Below are positions 11,821 through 25,462 of a stretch of DNA of 64,000 nt, piece after piece. How positions within the stretch are numbered: position 1 is the first letter of the stretch; every line of letters starts with the position of its first letter. The notes beneath the pieces were generated by a model. The model had not been told where the DNA came from. It did not search any database and saw nothing but the letters and a program-made list of their open reading frames with translations. This stretch comes from Octopus sinensis (taxonomy: Eukaryota): NCBI RefSeq assembly GCF_006345805.1, contig NC_043010.1, positions 60,698,001-60,762,000 on the forward strand, given 5' to 3'. Both the position numbers and the translations under genes were made by a program.

Positions 11821-13989
11821 TTACAACCTGTAAAATATCCACTATGTATTCCTTTGTATATAATATACTGCAAATGTTTATTATGATTATTAATATTATT
11901 AGTGTTGTTGAGGTGGTAAGATTCAGAATCATTTGCACACTGGGTGAAATTCTTAGTGGCATTTCTCCTGGCCTTATTATCTAGGTTCAAATTCTGCTGT
12001 GGTTGACTTTGCCTTTCATCTTTTCAGGGTCAATAAATTAAGTACCAGTGAAACACTAGGGTTCAATGAATTGACTAGTCCCATCCTCTCAAATTTCAGG
12101 CCTTGTGTTTTAAGTATAAGGCATCATCATCATCATCATCTTCATCATTGTCATCGTCATCATCATTATTAGTGTGATTCGTTATAGTTTTTAGTGCAAG
12201 ATGTAAGCTGATGATATTGTCATGTGTTGTTAAAATATATTAACTCTGACTACAAGAGATGAATGTTGTAGATTTCTTCTTACAAACTAACATGCACCAC
12301 ATTATTAGAGTTTCTTATTTGTTGAATATAATATAATGGAAATAGTTTTTATGTATAAGAATTTCCTTGTATGTAAAGAGGAATTAAAATATTTTACAAT
12401 TAGTTTGATAAGGAAGAGATCTACTTATTTCTTGAAGATAATTATATTTTTCCATCAACATTCACTCCACCATTTTATGATTCCCATCTTTAGTTTAGTG
12501 CAAATTATCCTTGTGAACTCCAATTGTCTCTTTTGGCATGGATTCTATGGCTTGATGCCCTTCTTAGCACCAAGCACTTTATAAAGTGTCCTGGGTATCC
12601 TTTATGTGGCACCAACATGGGTGCTTTTCACATGGTTTGTTAAGTTGTAATAATTATTGTCAATATAATTCAGTATTTTGTGTGCAGTTTATTTAGAAAT
12701 ATTCCATGAAGATTTTGGTTAAATTTCCAAAATATCCAATCAACATTTCCCAAATGTTTAGCTTTCTAAACTTAAATTCCTCTAATTAGATTTTCCCCAC
12801 TCAATGCTATTTAATAACTTCATTATAATTTATTTTTCATTAAGCTCTATTTTAATCTCATAGAACTGTTTTTATTCTTTAATTATTAATCCTAAATGAC
12901 ATCCTACCAGCCAACATCAGACCTCCTTATATTGTTACTAACTTCAGTCTGAACCTCAAATTTACTTAGTTTATTTTTCATATGAAATAGTTACCAGCCA
13001 CTTAGGTAAACCTTCTGTGAATTACATGGGTGTACGAAGTGGGTGTTGACATCCAATTTCTCTAATGGATATGAACCACTGACCACTCTGCTGGTTGTCT
13101 GGTACTTTACCATCTGATCCATGCAGTCATTCAACACCAACCAGAGTCAGGGGGTAAATATTAACCATTGTGGACCACTTCAACCCATTGGACTGGACCC
13201 TGATTGTGTTTCTTCCATCTCCTTCCCTTTGTGAGCTCCTGAGTTAGATCCTAAACTCACCAAACCTTTCAATCTATTTCTGTCTATGATGGTCTACTCA
13301 ACTTCTTGAAGCATTCACTGGTTTCTCTGTTTCCCTAAAATGTCAGGCTGTTAGAAACATTAATTCATGTCCAGAGTAAAATGTATGGTGACGTGTATAT
13401 ATGTATTCATTTCCATTTGTATAAACAGTCTATATTTTTTAATGTCTATTCAGACTTATATTTCAGTAAATTGTCTGAATTTGTTTGTAATTTATTAAGA
13501 TCTCTGTTCAAACACATAATGTTAAAAATATGTTTTCTTTATATATTTGTTTATATATTTCCACTATCATCATCATTATTATTATCATCACCATCATTTA
13601 ATGTCCGTTTTTCATGCTGAAATGGGTGGGACAGTTTGACAGGAGCTGTCAGCTGGAGGGTTTCTCAGGTTTCAATTGTCTCTCTTGGCATGCTTTCTAC
13701 AGCTAGTTGCCCTTCCTAATGCCAACCACTTCAGAAACTGTACCTGGTGCTTTGTACGTAGCACTGGCACAAGTGCTTTTACATAGCACGGGTACTTTTA
13801 TGTGGCACTGCTCGGCATGGGTGCTTTTAGGTAGCAGGCCTCAGCATAGGCACTTGAATATGGCACTAGCAGAGGTGCTTTTACATGGGTCGGGCACTGG
13901 TTCGAGTGCTCTTTTGTGGAACCAGTGCAAGTTCTTTTAGTGACACCAGCACCCACAAAACTATAAGAACAAGCTCTTAGCTAAGAGAG

Positions 13990-15350
13990 GGACATAGAGG
14001 ACATGCTGTATGTATGGATGGCCACAGTTTTACTTAACTTGGCACATCTTCTCAAGCACAGCAAACTGTCAGAAGTCTTTGTCCCTTGTCACCTTCTCTG
14101 TGAAGCCCAGTAACTGAAGATCTTTTCTCACTAGTTTGTCCTATTTTTTTCCTGGGTCTAGCCCTTTCATAGGTTCCCTCCATCCCTCTACAATTAGAGA
14201 TCAGCACTTCTTTACGCATCTGTCCACATCCAAACGCATCACATGACCAAACCAGTGCAGTCTTCTTCCTTGCACACAACATCTGATACACCTTATACCC
14301 AGTTTTCCTCTTAAATCATTTACACTGTGTCATGCATGCACACTGACATTACCCATCCAGAGGTGCATGCTGGCTTCAATTCTTTCAAGCCTTTGCATGT
14401 CCTCTGTAACCATAGCCCATGTTTCACTGCCATGTGGCATAGCTGTATGTACACAGGCATCATCTGTCTTTCACTCTTAGGTTGAAGCCCTTTGTTACCA
14501 ACAAAGGTAGAAGCTCTCTGAACTTTGCTCAGCCTGTTCTTATTCTAGCAACTACACTTTCAGAACTTCCACTTCCATTGCTAATTTGGTCATTTGGGTA
14601 ATGGAAGCTATCTACTACTTCTAAGGATACCCACCAGACATTTCAGGAAGTTTGTTCTCTGTACATTCTTAGTGCTTATTGTACCTGCACATCTGCCACA
14701 TACAGACTACTTTCTCAGTCAACCTTCCCATAATGCCACTGCACTTCTCATATGTCCATAGCCTTCACTGGGTACACCTTATATCAAGCAGGGCCATCTG
14801 CCTGAAGGGATTTAAGTTTTGTTTGTGTTCCTACTAACTAGGACTTTTGTCTTAGTTAAATTAACTTCAAAGCCCTTAGATTCCAGACTTTGCTTCCACA
14901 CCTGAAATTTCTTCTCTAGTTCAGGTAGTGATTCAGCTTTAAGAACAAGCTCATCAATATAGAGGAGCTCCCATGGGCAGCCAGTCTGAAATTCCTCTAT
15001 TATGGCCGGGAGGATTGTGATAAACTAGAGGGGTCTGAGAACCAATCCTTGGTAAACTCCCACTGGTACACTAAATTCATTGCTACTCTCATTGCCAACC
15101 TTCACCTAACTGACAGCATCCATGTACATGGCTTCTATCACTCTCACCAACCGCTCATCTATCCCTAACTTCTGCATTGTCCACCAGATGAGCAAATGGA
15201 GGACTCTGTCAAAGGCTTTCTCCAGGTCTACAAACCAAATACAAAGATTTATTCTTGGCTAAATGCTTCTCTTACAGTTGCCCTATTAGGAAGATAGCAT
15301 CAGTAGTGTTTCTCCCTGGCACAAAACCAAACTGCATTTCATCCAGGCTA
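13990..15350 (-). mobile_element. Degenerate RTE-clade LINE fragment (RT and C-terminal region)
   Basis: Minus-strand translation shows QFGFVPGRNTTDAIF, a DLEKAFDR-like motif and WELLY(I)DELVL (YADD motif degenerate); multiple stops and frameshifts. Confidence 0.8.
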
Positions 15351-16581
15351 ACCCTCTTCCTATATATAGACATCTGTTATCTGGCGAAGGATATGCCAAC
15401 CTCTCTAATGTTGGTGCCATGATAAGATATACCCAGAACTCTCTGTAAATATACTATAAGGTGTTAAGAATGTAGATATAGTAACCATGCCAAATGAATA
15501 AAAAATGGTAGATGAGCAGAGGGTGAGTGTACAAACTGTAAGGGGAAAAACAGTTAGAGAATACCATATGATGGCTGGAATATAGGGTTAGTGTAGCAAG
15601 AGGGTAGTGAGATAAAGAAAGGATAGAGTGGGGAGTAGGGTACCATAGTGGAGAGCAGGGTATGAAAGTAGAAAGACGATGCTGGGAAGGTGAGGAATGG
15701 TAGGTGGATGCAACAAGATCATCTCAGTCAACAGCACAATCTTTATCAGTCTGATTTCTACCATATTTGGCTGAAGGAACAACATTTTCTCCACTACAGC
15801 ATGTCACCAATTGTCACATGCTGTTGTCATCCCTTTTGAGAAGGTCAGCATCTGCAGGCAGATTCTCACCATTTCTTTTCCATGTATTTTAGGTCTTCCT
15901 TTTCCAATGGCACCATTCACATTGCACATTTCTAATTCCTGACAGTGTTTCATTTAGACAACCTGTTGGACAGAACTGCTAAATACTTCAATTTGTGTGT
16001 AAATTATAAACAAACACACATGCACACACACAATTGTAACTTGAGAACTTACAATTGTTTGTTCATCAACTGTCAATAGTAAAACTACAACAAAACATTA
16101 CAACTACTGGTTCGTTAAAACAAACCAAAGTAGAATCACCATATGAGTAGTTCAGGAGGATTGAATGAAATATGGCGTTTGAATATCTTTGACAAAACGA
16201 TATTGTGGTATTCACACCCGTATACTGTAATATACGCTTCACATATAGCCTACACTTTGAGACGGTTCCTTCGTCAGTGTGCAGGAGATAAATATGATTT
16301 TACCATATTCTGCCAGTACATGTCCTAGCAGTACAGTAGGGAAGCTACCATGGAAGGTTCAGATATTATTGGTCTTCACCATACCATGGTACCTGCTACA
16401 TATTATCTATTAAGCAACCTCATCGCAACCAAAAGAACTAACTGCTATCAGAACAGAAAAGATGACATATTTTAAATAATTCTGATGAATCTAAATGTAT
16501 ATATTTGGAGATGGAAATAATATTTACACAAGTCATTATACTTAGGTCTTATCATCTTTGAATTCTACATAAGCTTTTAAT

Positions 16582-16601
16582 ATCCTTCTTGTCTTTTGTA
16601 G
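16582..16601 (+). promoter_or_regulatory. 3' splice acceptor 38 nt upstream of the gene B start codon
   Basis: CCTTCTTGTCTTTTGTAG. Confidence 0.7.
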
Positions 16602-16639
16602 CAATTTCTCCTGCTGAAATGTGATGAAGAATTCCAGAC

Positions 16640-19039
16640 ATGACAGCATATATTGGTCTACTGTGTCTTCTACATTTACTGATCACCCTTGTACTGTCCA
16701 TAGATATTACATACCATGTCAAGGAAGAAGGCAGACCTCACACCTATATAGGAGACATTGCTGTTGACTCCAACTTATCACACCCTCTCACACATCAACA
16801 ACACACTCTCATTACATTTACACAACTACAAAGGACAGTCGAGAGTGGTTCTCACTTATTTAATGTCACCAACTCAGGAAAACTCTACACTACTCAGACA
16901 CTGGATGCTGAGTCTCTGTGTACATACAACAAGGAATGTTCTAGGATTGTTAAAGTAGCTGTAAGGAAAGAAGAAACATTTATGAAAATTTTAAGGATAA
17001 AAATATTAATAGAAGACATCAATGACCATTCTCCAGAGTTTCCTTATCAGAAAGTTGACATAGAATTTGTTGAAACTGAAGCAAAAGGTCTAACAAAAAC
17101 AATTCCAAATGCTATTGATGAAGATATTTCAATACAAAATTCTCAGATTACATACTTGATTAAGAAAAGTAGAAGAGAACCATTTTCTCTCTCTGTCACA
17201 AAGCGACATGATGGTGTCTATATTCCAGGACTGGTTCTAGAGGACAAATTAGACAGGGAAGTAAAAGACTCATATGAGTTGATCCTAGAAGCTAAAGATG
17301 GAGGCAACCCTCCCAACACAGCTACACTCAAGGTACACATATCTGTGACAGATGTCAATGATAATACACCTGTATTTTCACAGAAACTCTACAACATCTC
17401 TGTAAGTAATTCACATCAAAGACATTTACCAATTCTTACTTTAAAAGCCACAGATCAAGATTCTGGAGACAATGGAAAGATTTCTTACCATTTCAACCAT
17501 AAAACATCTCGAAATATCCAGAAATATTTTGTATTAGATAAGAAAACCGGAGATTTATTTTTACATGATAATTTTCAGGTTAGTAAAAAGCAGTCTATTA
17601 AATTATTTGTAGAAGCAAGAGATGGAGGAAAACCTCCCCTTAGTACTGTAACCAAAGTTCAGATTCATGTTGTTAACCATCAGAATACTGCTCCATTGAT
17701 AAATATAGATTTTGTATCTCCTTTAACAGAGAGCTCAGCAGCAGTTTCAGAAGCAAGTAAAATTGGTAGTTTTATAGCTTATGTTATGGTCACTGACAAT
17801 GATAGTGGACCTAATGGTGAGGTTATCTGTGATTTAAAACATGATAAGTTTAAACTTGCCAAAATAGATTCTAAAGAATATAAAATGATTGTTAAGGGTC
17901 ATCTTGACAGAGAAATAAGGGACCACTATAAAGTATCTATTGTGTGTCATGACATGGGGTCACCTCAACTAGAAAGTAAAAAATATTTCTCCGTCAAAGT
18001 AACTGATGTCAATGATGTAGAACCACATTTTACCAAAGAGACATTCCAATTCCTCACCTATGAAAACCAGAAAGTTGACTTCCCTATTGGCTTCATCAAT
18101 GCTACAGACCCGGATCTTGGAGATGGAGGCCAACTTACATATTCTATCATCAATGATAACAACAATGATAACATTCCTTTCCAACTGACAAAATATGGAT
18201 TTATTTCTACATCACAACCAATAGATCGAGAAATGAAAGACATCTATAAGTTCAAGGTTTTAGTGAAAGATAATGGAACACCTTCTCTCAATGACACTGC
18301 CAATATTGTTATTGAGATTCTAGATAAAAATGATAATGCTCCGTATTTTACGTTTCCTAATAATGACCCTTACAATCTCGATGTCCACTACCATCCACAC
18401 AGTAAGAAGGACATCACAATTCTGAGAGCATCTGACAAAGACACTGGAAACAATGCTTTCCTCACATATGGAATACTGAGATCCAATGATAAAAACCTGT
18501 TTACAGTGAACTCACACACTGGTGTGTTATCTTTCTCTCGCACAGTTTACCAAAATGATGCAGGAACATATGAGCTGCAGTTTATAGTGAAAGACGGTGG
18601 TACTCCAGTTCAATCAGCAACAACTGCTATCATACTAACACTGTTTGTTAGTAATGATACATCTCCAATGTTGACTGCTGTGCCATTCCAGTCTGGTCAC
18701 GACCTGAATATGACTTGGGTAATTATCATTGTAGCAGCAGCTGTAATACTATCTGTGGCTATTGTAGTGTCCATAACACTGTGTGTTTTCAGATGTATTA
18801 ATCACACAAATAACTCACCCACAACAGCAGAGAATCCCAACTTTCTCTCTCAGACTGAGATGAGACAATTACTGTATCAGACTAACAATCCTGTTGCAAT
18901 AACGAGAAATGCAGAAGAGATATTTAACCGAAATCTTCAGACAATAAAATCTAAAAGTCAGTTTTTTCTGGAGATGGAACAGACACCAGATGAGTGGAAA
19001 TTCTCAACAACACAAAGGAGACTTCCACCTGTGCCTCAG
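16640..19039 (+). CDS. PCDH: Protocadherin gene B, intact large coding exon (800 codons: signal peptide, EC1-EC6, TM, juxtamembrane)
   Basis: 804-aa ORF with six cadherin repeats and a TM segment; donor CAG|GTAAAT after 19039, so the last four residues (VNIF) are intron read-through. With exons 2 and 3 the product is 874 aa. Confidence 0.97.
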
Positions 19040-19405
19040 GTAAATATATTTTGAAACAATTCAATTTTTTAATAATAAATTTCTTTCACATTTTGAAAAT
19101 GATCTTTCAAATGTAAGGATGTATAATTTTTTTGTTTGTAATTTAGTAAAAATTATATAATTAGATTCTCCAGAATAAATGGAATTGTCTTCATTTAACT
19201 AGTAAATGTTTTCTTGTTGTTTCTCTACTTATTTTATACTAGCAAATTCTTCAAATATACTGTTAATTTGATTCTACCATCCAAAATTTACTTTTTTTAT
19301 AAAAGTATCCTTTTATTATCTCTTATTAAGAACACTCTAGAATATAGATATAAATGCTACTTCCATTTTGTATTGTTTCACCCTGCTTTGTTTTCTAATC
19401 ACCAG

Positions 19406-19550
19406 AGATGTGATTCAATCCATAGTCAAGAACGTCGTACCAGTTCCATCATGTCTTACAACAGTGACACCTTAACATCCCAAAAGGACAGAGAAGCTAG
19501 CAAGAGTAATGGCAAGACTAAACCATATGATGAGATACCTGCAGAACCAG
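19406..19550 (+). CDS. PCDH: Gene B cytoplasmic exon 2
   Basis: CACCAG acceptor, CAG|GTAACT donor, 145 nt, phase 0 to 1, in frame. Confidence 0.87.
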
Positions 19551-19714
19551 GTAACTTTTATCAAAACATAACATATAAATGTAATTGCCTTTATTACTGT
19601 AGGACAATATATAATGTTATGCTTAGTGTAATATAAGATCAATGTTTCTATCTTTATATATTGGAGTTGTTATATTGAAATGTAATTTGTGTTTGTATAT
19701 TTGATATTTTGCAG

Positions 19715-19794
19715 AATATACCAATGACAATCCAGTTGCAGCCACAATACTAAAGGGACAACAAATACAAGATACCTATCTACAGCCAACATAG
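19715..19794 (+). CDS. PCDH: Gene B terminal coding exon (...DTYLQPT*)
   Basis: TTTTGCAG acceptor, 80 nt, phase-1 entry, TAG at 19792-19794. Confidence 0.85.
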
Positions 19795-20158
19795 TAGATG
19801 TTCCATGACTATTGTTAAATGATTCTCTCACACACCAAATCTTAAACAATACTTTATATTCATATAAAAATATCAACTCTATGTTTCTTTCACACATCAC
19901 ACATAAAGGGCCTTATGATGGCATCTCTTATGACCCCATCTCTCATACAATAAATACTACAAACATCCTACTCTATATTATTGTAGTATATTATTATAAA
20001 ATAGGTTCTTTAATCTCAGTTTTAATAGAGACATCTCCCTAAACATAATTCAATTAATGTTAGCTATCTTAAATGGATTTAATTTATTCCTTCAATATTA
20101 ATTTCACAATGATAAAACATTCTCTATAGCTTTTTTCTTTGTTCATCATACACACAAT

Positions 20159-20340
20159 TAATGAAATAATTACTGTATTAGACTAACAGCCCTGTTGCAA
20201 TAACCATAAATGCAGAAGAGATATTTAACCAAAATCTTCAGACATTAAAATCTAAAAGCCAGTTTTATATGGAGATGAAGTAAACACCAGAGGAATGGAA
20301 ATTCTCAACATCCCAAATCCTACCACCAACACCAGTAAGT
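20159..20340 (+). pseudogene. Relic 3' end of a protocadherin large exon (decapitated fourth gene)
   Basis: Aligns with 18861-19045 (e.g. CCTGTTGCAATAAC..AAATGCAGAAGAGATATTTAACC.AAATCTTCAGACA.TAAAATCTAAAAG.CAGTTTT); two in-frame TAA codons; ends CCAACACCA|GTAAGT. No EC or TM sequence upstream. Confidence 0.85.
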
Positions 20341-21125
20341 TAATTACAAACTGATTTAATCTAAGCTTAAAATTGTTGTAATCATTGTATTATATGAATG
20401 AAATTGTTCACCAGATCTGCTGTATGGTGAATGAGTGGAGAATATCATCATAATCGTTATTTAGCATTTGTTTTCCAAACTGGCATGGGTTGAGCAATTT
20501 GACAGGAGCAGGGAAGCTGCACCAGGCTCCTGCCATCTGTTTTGTTGTGGATTTTAAGGCCTGGATGCTCTTCCTAATGTCAGCTTCTTTAGAGAGTGTA
20601 CTGGGTGCTTTTTTATGTGTCTCTGGCACAATTTATTATGCTCTGAGTTACTTATTTAAAAGAAAAACAATAATTTTCCCTCAAAGCCAAAGTGTTTTTA
20701 TTCAATCTCAGTGTTGTTCTAGAGTGTGTTAGATTATTAGTTTTGAACATTTATTGCCAAATGTACATCATCAATAATTAATATTGGATGTATTTCTCTT
20801 GTAGAATATGAACATCACAACTTTGATTGTTAGGTCGACATGTTTCTTTTCCACGGTTCCACCCTCTCTTTTTCTCTCTTTCTCATACTCTCCCTCAAAC
20901 ACTCTCTTATGCTGTCTCTTACTGTCTCTCTCTCTCTTTGTCTCATCTATTTATAATTAACTTCTACACTGTATAGTATATTATGTGATTAAATTCTGAA
21001 AATATTAAACAATATTTTGTAAAAATTCCTTCAAACTAAATATAAAGACAATATATCTGAAGCAAAATAAAGTGAGTAAAGAAATTCTCTTTAAAATCAA
21101 TTTTCTTCTTTATGTTATTTTACAG

Positions 21126-21263
21126 TTTACTAATCAACAAACACACAAGACAAAACAATCCCATCTCATACAGAACTATGAACTAAATGGAAATGCAAGG
21201 CAGATGCCACTGGACACATCTCTGAGTATTAAATTCCCCAGGATGATGAGTGTGGACATAAAG
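21126..21263 (+). pseudogene. Orphan exon-2-like exon of the relic gene
   Basis: Acceptor TTATTTTACAG, strong donor AAG|GTAAGT, 46 open codons in phase 0, positioned like exon 2. It ends phase 0; one extra C in the CCCC run near 21236-21239 would give the usual phase-1 end (…PQDDECGHKG). Confidence 0.5.
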
Positions 21264-24200
21264 GTAAGTTTTTCAATCAGTTTTCCTACTAACTTTTCTA
21301 CTGCCCTAATGCAGTGGCTCTCATACTTTCTAATCTTAACTGATTGGAAGTGTTAACATGTACATGTATTGCTCCGATGTAAAAAATGGGCTACAGCAAA
21401 TATTCTGCTCATTGCCACAGATTTTTTTGTCAGTTGCTTGACCTTAACTAATTGAGCATGTCCCTTAGTGGTTGATGATATATGCATCTCTGATCAGGAG
21501 CAGGATTAACAGTGTTAAGAGGGATTCTTTGAGATTTGAATTATTCTTCCCTGAAAATGTGGGAGATTTGTTCATCATCCTTAAACAACCCTCATTCAGG
21601 GACCTTTTGAGAAGGTCCCTGAATGAGAAGAAAAGTCTAACTGGGCCCCTACCTGGAAAGTCATGCTTTGTTTACCTTGATTTGAAGTCACCATGTAGCA
21701 CACATGTGGTTGTGATGTATGTACCTGGTGTACATCAGATGAGTAGTCATGATGGGTATATTAGGCTTCATATATTTGTACCCCAGTGTCACTTTGATGG
21801 CATGTACTTTTCTCTCCCTCTATAATAATAACAATAATAATGTACTGACAAGTACTGCCCACATCCTTAGAAAAAACCTTATCCATCTAAATGTCTGTGT
21901 TGTATTACATGAAGACATTTGCTACTTCCCCTTCCCAAGCTTTCAGTCATTCTGTAACATCTCTCATCCTTCACTTGCCCCAGGACACTGGGTGTGTCTT
22001 GGCAAGTGACTAACAAACATGCAGATTAAAAGTAATAATAAGGATGGTGATGATGATAACGATGATGGCAAAGAACAACAACAAACAACAAAATAGTGTA
22101 GTCATTTTAACGGCCTATCAATGTATACAGTGAGTCTCTTTGCCCCATGTGTCAGGAAGATACTTGGTAAGAAATGGAAACAAGATTTAAAGAAGAAAAA
22201 CTCATAATAAAAATAATAATAATTAGTGTCATAAGGATTTATAAACTTCAAGAGCTGTGAAATAATTGATTTTTGTTTTTTTTTAATATTGGAACTCAAA
22301 GTAGATAGAACTTTATCTGCTCTGATTTCCACTATTAAAAAAGTCAAAGTTTCTAAATTCTTATGATGTTAGAAACACAAAATTGTTGCTGGTAAGAACA
22401 AAGCTTCTAAACCAGATGGGAAAATATTCAAAGAATTGCTTTGGTCCTGTGGTAGAACATCTCTCATGTTTACAGAAAATGTGGGTGTTAAAGCCTCACA
22501 GACAGCCTTCAACTTTTTCTAAACAAAGGGTTTTAATCCAATATTTACCTGCTATTTTTTATAGCTTTAACTACCATGACTGCCACTGTTGAAAAATAGA
22601 ATAATAATAAGAATAACTTCAAATTTTGGTTCAAGGCCAGCAAAGTTTGGAGTTGGGGTTGACTCCATCAACCCTAGTATTTGACTGGTACCTTATTCTA
22701 TCAACACCAAAAGGACGGAACACTAAGATGACCTCACATTTGAACTCCAGTGTAAAGATCTGGAGCAAATGCCACAAGACATTTTGCCCAAAGGTTCCAG
22801 CGATTTGCCAACTTGCCTCCAAGGATTTCCTTTTGCCACAGGAGTGTCAGGTGTGGAGGATGTTATAAAAGCAGGGTACAATTTGTGTAGGGGCTTCTAT
22901 AAAATTGGGGGAGGAGGAGAAGGGGAAAATATGGTGGTGGGGAGAAATGAAATGCAAATTTTATATAATATACAAAATATGTGAATACATGGATAATACA
23001 ATCGTCTTGATTAGGAAGAACTTCCAAGTAGGAACAATTAAGGAGTTCCACAGATCATTCTTACAATCAGGAGCACAACATGCAAGCACTCCACAGACAT
23101 GTGCACCCTTAACATAGTTCTCAAGGAGATTCAGCATAATACAGTGTGTGTCAAGGCTGGCCCTTTGGATTACAGGTACAACTCATTTTTGCCAGCTGAG
23201 TGAAATAGAGGGTCTTGCTGAAGGACACAGCATACTGCCAGGAATTGAACTCACAACCTTACGATCATGAGCTGAATACCCCTAACCACTAAGCCATGTG
23301 CCTTCACTATAACTTCTTAGAATATTTCCTTTCACTGCACCCATTTTCACCAGTCACACATCTTTTGACAACTTCCCTCTCTGCCCCCACTTTGCTTTCC
23401 ATGTAGAACTTGATAAGGTTGATGAGGGCTTGACTGAAGAGGAAGGTGTCTGCCCTCAACTTCAGAAAACTGCCTTCCCAGTTTTATTAAAGAAGGGCGA
23501 TGGAGCAATGTCCACAATGGACTCAGCCTGCTAGTCAAATCTATCCTACATGCAATAACTGCTGGTCAGCATATTTCCACAAATCAGTAAGGCTCAGACA
23601 TTGCACATATGCATGCAATATTGTTTTGTTGCTCTGTGCACATGTCAAACAGTTCTGCCTGACAAACACATCCATGTCTGTAAAGTTTTGTCCCTCAGTA
23701 GCACTGCCAGGCTAAGGATTCTTAGAAGTCATCCATGGTAGTTCTCAGCCCAGAAGTCCTCTTGAACAGAGAGTTCCCCCATTGATGTCATCACTCTAAT
23801 GCACTATTAGTCCTTTATATATTGCTAAAATGAAACTTCCACTGATTCTAAAGTGAACATCAGACCATTTTCCAGAATTCATAAAATTAAAGTTATATTT
23901 GTTGACAACTTCCAATGAAACATTGATAAAATATATTTTCTTTGTAAAATATTTTGTGATATTTTAGAAACCAACTGAAACACCTTCCTTTCTGCAGGTT
24001 CTGAATATTATTTTGTATCTGTGAAATAACAATCTTTACATTTTAACACACTGAATAGAACAGTGGAATCAGTTTTAGATGCCAACCACTTTATAAAATA
24101 AAATGTGTGCATTTTATCATAGAACTGGCACTCAAGAAGTTGTCTTGTCTCCAGAAAGACTAAACAATCTTCTCTACTCTACACTGTCTCCATTTGTTTG

Positions 24201-24371
24201 CCAACTATTTTACAGTGTATGAGGGACATTGTATTGTGGCACCAGCACTAAACAGGATATTTGGTCTCCAGTAATAAATGACTTTTATATAAACCTTTAG
24301 AAACAATCTAAAACTTTGTGGATGTAGATGTCTCTTTTCTCGTATTTATCTGTCCTTTATTTATATTGCAG

Positions 24372-24441
24372 GGTTAAACCACTCCAATCCAAGTGTATTT
24401 CAAACAAAGGACCACAACAGACATCCTTACAGCCAACATAC
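24372..24441 (+). pseudogene. Degenerate terminal exon of the relic gene
   Basis: Acceptor ATATTGCAG; phase-1 entry gives NHSNPSV, then after a 1-nt slip KGPQQTSLQPT, matching NDNPV...KGQQIQDTYLQPT of genes A/B; TAC sits where the TAG stop is in A/B. Confidence 0.6.
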
Positions 24442-25409
24442 TCCCTGCACTTCTGTTTTAGCTCTAATTCTAATTTTTTTAATCATTTCTATTCACACGT
24501 CTCCTCCAGCCTCTGAGAATTCACACAGGAGGAAACAAATCTACCCCAGTGGATTACTATTGACCCTGTCCTGGTCATCCATGGCCAGTAATATCAAACA
24601 GTAGAAGTTAAAAGATCAAGGCTTCGTCCAGTTAATCAATATGGCAAGGTATTAACATGTCAAAAATGTCAAAGGATTACAACAGCTTCAACATTGTCGA
24701 GTACCATTTTAACACTGAGATTAGTAAACTATATCTGCATGAGTCCACCATTCCATCAGTCCTTGGCTCCAACATGATTGTACCACTACAACAATAACAA
24801 CATAAATAATGATAATAATGTGAAGCGTTTCATTTGGAAATTACCATTGCTGTCAGCTGTCGCTTCTATTGATACTGTTAAACGCAGTCTACTCAGTCAC
24901 CGACCAGTCCACCCCTAATATGATGACAACAGCAACAACATCATCATCACTATCATCTGATATTGTTTGGAACTTTTATATCCCAGGCATCTACAACTCA
25001 TACTTTGCCATTTCTGGATTTACTACAACATCATTCCACTTCTATTTAGCCATTTCTGGATCACTACAAACATGGATACCTACAGCTCTGACACCTACCA
25101 CGCTCAGGTATTCAATGCTTGTATCATTCAACAATGCATTGCGAAATACATGCTTATATATATATATATCTACATATACATATATGTATGTATATATAAA
25201 TATACATGTACGTACACACACACACACTCACACTCATATATACATTCATATATATAACCTTAAATTAAAAATCACAAATCTTGCAATGACAGCCACCTTA
25301 CTGTAATTTCAAGATTTGTGGTTTTTAATTTAAGATTATCTTTACTCTGAGTAGCAGTTTTTTTGTGATGTTTTTGCAGCTTCAATAAAAACAAAGTATA
25401 TATATATAT

Positions 25410-25462
<53 letters not shown>

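Noticed and set aside
11445-11990. Many long ORFs rich in YI/HT/CV/SL repeats (also at 25-27 kb, 43-44 kb, 50 kb, 57-60 kb and 63 kb)
   Set aside because: Translations of microsatellites that lack stop codons.
19214-19636. ORFs 19214-19636 and 9562-9894 as independent genes
   Set aside because: Intron read-through around exon 2 of genes B and A.
18800-19794. WIRS (WAVE-binding) motif in the cytoplasmic tails
   Set aside because: No hydrophobic-x-T/S-F match seen in the predicted tails.
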